Origin: Candidatus Zhuqueibacterota bacterium
Lineage (GTDB): Bacteria; BS750m-G25
Direction of reading: 5' to 3'
Assembly: GCA_016783505.1 (NCBI GenBank)
Contig: JADHWK010000003.1
Coordinates: 62,001 to 90,226 of the forward strand
DNA: 28,226 bases
Below are positions 24,265 through 28,226 of this stretch, in pieces (the stretch's first letter is position 1; each line of letters begins with the position of its first letter). Below the pieces are notes generated by a model. That model ran no database searches and was not told where the DNA came from. It worked only from the letters and a program-made list of their open reading frames with translations. The position numbers were made by a program, and so were the translations under genes.

Positions 24265-26256
24265 TTACTTGAGAAGGATCATCTTGTGGGTTTCCGAAAA
24301 GACTCCAGCTTGCAGCCTATAAAAATAGATACCGCTGGGGAGATGGGTAGCCCGGAAGGGAACCGTGAACCAACCAGGACCCTGCTGGCCGTTCACCAGG
24401 GTAGCCACTTCCTGTCCTAAAATGTTATAGACTTTTAGGGAAACCCGGCTTTTCTCCGGCACCCCATACTGAATTAGGGTCACCGGATTAAAGGGATTGG
24501 GATAATTCGGCTTTAGAGTAAAGGTTTGGGGAAACCCTGATTCCCCTGTCAGTTCAACCCCCACAACCAGGTGGTTTATGACGTCGTTGGTATCCCTGGG
24601 CTCAATTTTAAAGTTATAGAAGGTATAAAATAGAACACCCCGGAGATGTTCGATGGTGTCGCCCTGGTGGAAGGTGGAATCGTTATTCCCGTTGAAATTA
24701 CCCGAATCATCCACCAGGACACCGCCGCTACCGTCATCCACCACAAATTCGCCGTAGTTACTTGGAGAGTCGGGGAAAGGGTCGGTAACGGTAACCCCGT
24801 CCACCTGAACCAGAATGGACTCCCACTGCTCGGCTGTTGCCGCCCCGGTCATGATATCCCCGGTATTAACCACAACCGGCGATGGCACCGGATTCCCAGG
24901 GGTAATGACTGTCACCGTCGAGATATCGGTCAGTCTGGTCATTTCATAACTTTCCTGAACGGTTCCCGTAACCTCAATGCTATCCCCCAACACGACGTTA
25001 TTTACTGCATCGTTCACCCAGATGCCGCTCCAGGGGCTGTTACCATCCTGAATAAAATAGTAGCTGAAGTGGGTAGTATCGGTTACCACTATCCCCATAA
25101 CCGTCATCTCCAATCCCTCGTATCCAGAAGCGTCATCCACAAATGGGGTCCATTGCAGATCATAGATGGTAGGACCGGCATCCCTGACAGTGTAGAATAA
25201 CATGGCCTCGCTGGTGTCCCCGGGGGCAATGCCCATCTCGCTGTTATCATCCCAGGCGGTGATAAAATAATGGACGAAAGCCCCATCGGTCTGGGCGGGG
25301 ATGGATGCTGAATAAACCGAATCGGGACTGGTCATGGCCAGATGTTGAAATTGGGCATAATCAACACTATAATGGAGGGAACAGGCCTCCACCGTTCCGT
25401 TATCGGTCACCGTTGCTTGGATGGTGATGATCTCTGAGGAGGTAGGACATGGGGGAGTTCGGTCAAGGTCCGAAATTACGGGCGGGCTGCTGATGTTCTC
25501 CAGGTCATCCATGGTCCTGGGATTGAGGGTGTAACCCTCAAAGCCGTAGGTCTGATAATTCCGCACCATACCGGTGATGTTCAGGACGGTGTTGTTGGGC
25601 GGCCAACTACCCCCGCCCTGAAGGTAAAGATAGACGGCGGAGAAGTGATCATCGCAGGTTATGTCCCCGGTGGCATCCCTGACGAGCATGCGATTTCCGG
25701 GCAAGTCATTATTGATCACTCTGGCGTCAGCCACGTAAACCAACTGGCTTTCATACTTTTCCCCCGTGTCAGCGGAATCTAAGCTGTCGGCGTTCACCGT
25801 GATAATTGGGGGAATATCAAAACCTGGGCCTATAGGGTCTACTGCAATAGGAGAGGGGCTGGTTATCAATTCTAACTGAGTGGCGCTCAATCCAGTGGGG
25901 GGATATTCGTTAACCACCCCCGTATACCTCACCAAATATCCAATCTGGACCGATGTGATTAATGTTCCCGACTCGGTAGTATCGTTCTGGAGTACCATTA
26001 ACCCGCTCCATGGTCCCCCCAGGGTATCCTGAATGTACACCGACCACCGGGCCCCTACCCCCACGTCCCGGGCACTGGATACCGCTACCCCCACCACCTG
26101 GACCGTATCCCCTAACAACGGCGAATCATCATCGGTCATAGGATCGCTCACAAACTGAATGTCGTGAATAGACACCTCTGGATATTGACCCCAGGCAAAC
26201 CCCACCACCAGAAACAACCCCAAGGCTGAGATCAGTGTAAAAATACCCTTTTTCAT
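24265..26256 (-). CDS. Secreted protein with duplicated OB-fold-like modules and T9SS-type C-terminal domain (663 aa)
   Basis: Start corrected to ATG 26256 (RBS AAGGAGGA; MKKGIFTLIS... signal peptide). Internal repeat IHDIQ...YIQD..GPWSG...TGVVNEY...EKYESQLV / IYDLQ...FIQD..SPWSG...TGTVQES...EQWESILV. PNYPNPFNP...SGIYFY...KMILLK tail. Confidence 0.85.
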   Translation of the reverse strand: MKKGIFTLISALGLFLVVGFAWGQYPEVSIHDIQFVSDPMTDDDSPLLGDTVQVVGVAVSSARDVGVGARWSVYIQDTLGGPWSGLMVLQNDTTESGTLITSVQIGYLVRYTGVVNEYPPTGLSATQLELITSPSPIAVDPIGPGFDIPPIITVNADSLDSADTGEKYESQLVYVADARVINNDLPGNRMLVRDATGDITCDDHFSAVYLYLQGGGSWPPNNTVLNITGMVRNYQTYGFEGYTLNPRTMDDLENISSPPVISDLDRTPPCPTSSEIITIQATVTDNGTVEACSLHYSVDYAQFQHLAMTSPDSVYSASIPAQTDGAFVHYFITAWDDNSEMGIAPGDTSEAMLFYTVRDAGPTIYDLQWTPFVDDASGYEGLEMTVMGIVVTDTTHFSYYFIQDGNSPWSGIWVNDAVNNVVLGDSIEVTGTVQESYEMTRLTDISTVTVITPGNPVPSPVVVNTGDIMTGAATAEQWESILVQVDGVTVTDPFPDSPSNYGEFVVDDGSGGVLVDDSGNFNGNNDSTFHQGDTIEHLRGVLFYTFYNFKIEPRDTNDVINHLVVGVELTGESGFPQTFTLKPNYPNPFNPVTLIQYGVPEKSRVSLKVYNILGQEVATLVNGQQGPGWFTVPFRATHLPSGIYFYRLQAGVFSETHKMILLK

Positions 26257-26278
26257 AATTCCTCCTTTTGTTAAACGG

Positions 26279-28226
26279 TCATTTAATAACCAGGAACTTT
26301 CCTGTCTGAACTTCACCGGTGCTGAGATCTTTAACGCAGAAGAGATAAAGGCCGGAGGCAATGGCCTGATCATCCCGGGTGACCAGATCCCAGGCGTGCT
26401 CACCCCCGGGAAAAAGTCGTCCCTCCCCTGAATATTTTTCAAACCAATTAATGTCCTCACCCCTATAGGTCAGGGCTTTATGTTGAAATTTATCCACCAA
26501 ATCACCCGTCAGGGTATATATTCTTACTTCACATTCCGGGGGCAGATTATAAAAATAGATTTTCCGGTCACGTTCCAAAAGCCCATCCCACATGACACGG
26601 GTCCGATAGGGATTGGGATAAACCCCTACCTTCAAACCGGTTTTCCTTTGAGCCAAAGTCCCTGGAAAAATCCGCACCGATGTTAAAATCTTGCTGCTCT
26701 CTAAACTTTCAATACCGTTCTCCGGGTCCCCTTTATCGTAGGCGACAACGGAAAAGGCGTATTGCCAGCCGTTGTGGAGGTTTTTATTCACATAACTGTA
26801 GTGATAAAAAATGGTATCAGGGGTTCCAGTATTCGAGTTTAGGGTAATTTCATCCTCAAAGTAGACCGGCTGGGCCAAACGGATAGTGCTGAGCCCGCTA
26901 TCATAACCCAGGCTGTCTTTGACGTCATATTGCTTAAATAGGCTTAAGGATCCCAGGAAATCCCTTCCCGGAGCATCCTCACCCAGGAGAGTCCGATAAA
27001 GCCTATACCCCTCAAAATCCTTTTTCTTACTAATGATGTCCATGGACTCCTCTGAGGAATTATCCCAGTACAGGGTCGCCTGACCATCCCCCGGAATTAC
27101 CCGAAACCTTGGGGGCGAAGGTGGGGTGGGCAGGACGTAACGATCCAACCTCCCGTTGCCGTTAATATCCTCACTTAAATCGAAGATCCCGTCACCGTCA
27201 ACATCTACAGAATCAATAACCCCATTCCCATTGCGATCTTCCCCATTATAGGCGGTCTCGGCCCATCCAGCATAAAAATAGAGGTTCTTTTTACACAGCT
27301 CTTCGTCCAAGGTAGTGGGTTCATCCCCGAATTTTTTGGCACAGATGACCGCAAATACTACGTTAATGGTGGAATCGGGTTCAAGAAACTGAAAACGCCC
27401 GGTAGTAATCAGGGTCATGTAATTACTTGGGTTGTGAATTAAATACATCTGATTGGGAAAGAAAGAACTGCTCATCTTGTTATAGCGTTCCACGTCCGTC
27501 TGGGGCGAATTAAGATTGGGATCGCTTTGATCCCGGAATAACCAGACCTTGTAATTGGTCTTTATCCGGTATAAGGTATCATTGGCCTGGGGTGTGGCCC
27601 CCAGAAGTTTCAAGCCAACATAACTATCGGTGTATCCGGGATCCCCATCATAGTCGAAACTATAGGCCATCTGAAGGGAATCCACATACCCACAACCCAC
27701 GTGACGGTAGAACGGGGCTCCCACGGAAGGGGGGGTAATATTAACATTCCGGACGACCAAGTCTGCCCAGAGACCCACATAGACATCGGTAAGGGGTTCA
27801 TCACCGGTATTCGTAATATAATAGTTGAATATTACAAATGCTTCTGCATAGGGATAACTCCAGGCGTAGGTCTCCTGATGAATGGAAACGTTGATGGGCA
27901 CGTGTTCTGGGATCAGGTCCCCGGATTCGGGAACTGTAGTATTGGAATCGGTGTAATCCATCACAAAATCCTGATGGCTTATGGCTTCGGGATGGAAGAA
28001 GGGGGAGTAGACAATCGAGGACCTCTCTTCAATGACGTCAAAGAGGTCATCGGAGGTGGTGAATTCAAAACCATTTTCTTCAGCAGACGCCAGCGAGGGG
28101 ACATCCACCGCCCCGGTGGTCACCAGGGTTGTTCCACCCCTCTTCCCCCCTATCCATAGACCGCCGTCAAAGAGGTGTTCGACCCCGGACCCGATTGGAT
28201 ATTCGCAGGAAGGCTGATCCACCGGG
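26279..28226 (-). CDS. Large secreted protein (C-terminal part) with Ca-binding-like repeats, an FN3-like module and a variant secretion C-terminal domain; start lies beyond the window
   Basis: Open to the window end. GEDRNGNG/DVDGDG/EDINGNG repeats, PPSPP...LYWD...DFEGYRLYR, and tail VYPNPY...FYNLP...IYTLTGDLV...WDL...ASGLYLF...GKFLVIK. Confidence 0.85.
   Translation of the reverse strand, partial: PVDQPSCEYPIGSGVEHLFDGGLWIGGKRGGTTLVTTGAVDVPSLASAEENGFEFTTSDDLFDVIEERSSIVYSPFFHPEAISHQDFVMDYTDSNTTVPESGDLIPEHVPINVSIHQETYAWSYPYAEAFVIFNYYITNTGDEPLTDVYVGLWADLVVRNVNITPPSVGAPFYRHVGCGYVDSLQMAYSFDYDGDPGYTDSYVGLKLLGATPQANDTLYRIKTNYKVWLFRDQSDPNLNSPQTDVERYNKMSSSFFPNQMYLIHNPSNYMTLITTGRFQFLEPDSTINVVFAVICAKKFGDEPTTLDEELCKKNLYFYAGWAETAYNGEDRNGNGVIDSVDVDGDGIFDLSEDINGNGRLDRYVLPTPPSPPRFRVIPGDGQATLYWDNSSEESMDIISKKKDFEGYRLYRTLLGEDAPGRDFLGSLSLFKQYDVKDSLGYDSGLSTIRLAQPVYFEDEITLNSNTGTPDTIFYHYSYVNKNLHNGWQYAFSVVAYDKGDPENGIESLESSKILTSVRIFPGTLAQRKTGLKVGVYPNPYRTRVMWDGLLERDRKIYFYNLPPECEVRIYTLTGDLVDKFQHKALTYRGEDINWFEKYSGEGRLFPGGEHAWDLVTRDDQAIASGLYLFCVKDLSTGEVQTGKFLVIK

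Noticed and set aside
26257-26460. 68-aa N-terminal extension of ORF 24265..26460
   Set aside because: It overlaps the upstream gene's 3' end. The ATG at 26256 has a strong RBS and begins a signal peptide.

Overview
Chromosomal window from a diderm bacterium, most likely in the non-Bacteroidota FCB radiation (Calditrichota/KSB1/Ignavibacteria-like). That placement is an inference from the 'NYPNPFN...SGIYFY...KMxLxK' secretion tails and the PorV-family gene. Almost all genes are on the minus strand. The left part is housekeeping: a CNNM/DUF21 gene, ybeY, a 7TM-HD phosphodiesterase, phoH, a LysM protein, a small lipoprotein, aspS, bactofilin and an M23 peptidase. Two small AT-rich accessory inserts interrupt it. 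(1) 4751-6030 is an integrase-less integron-like relic: an attC site, a group II intron 3'-end remnant sitting in a second attC core, one frameshifted lipoprotein cassette, an attI-like core and six 18-bp palindromes. (2) 9145-11175 is a 2-kb island bounded by a perfect 24-bp direct repeat, carrying a cold-shock gene and a Cys-rich Spy/CpxP-like gene. The right half (12.7-28.2 kb) is a cluster of secreted and outer-membrane genes: a large CTD protein, a tandem OB-fold CTD protein, a lipoprotein, a TonB-dependent receptor, a PorV-family barrel, an NHL lipoprotein and an S8 protease. It looks like a SusD-less, T9SS-type uptake system. Downstream of it is an Omp28-like thioredoxin-fold protein whose true N-terminus reads through an in-frame TGA in a W-U-x-x-C motif followed by a SECIS-like hairpin, so it is a probable selenoprotein missed by the ORF track. 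All calls come from reading motifs by eye; no searches were run.
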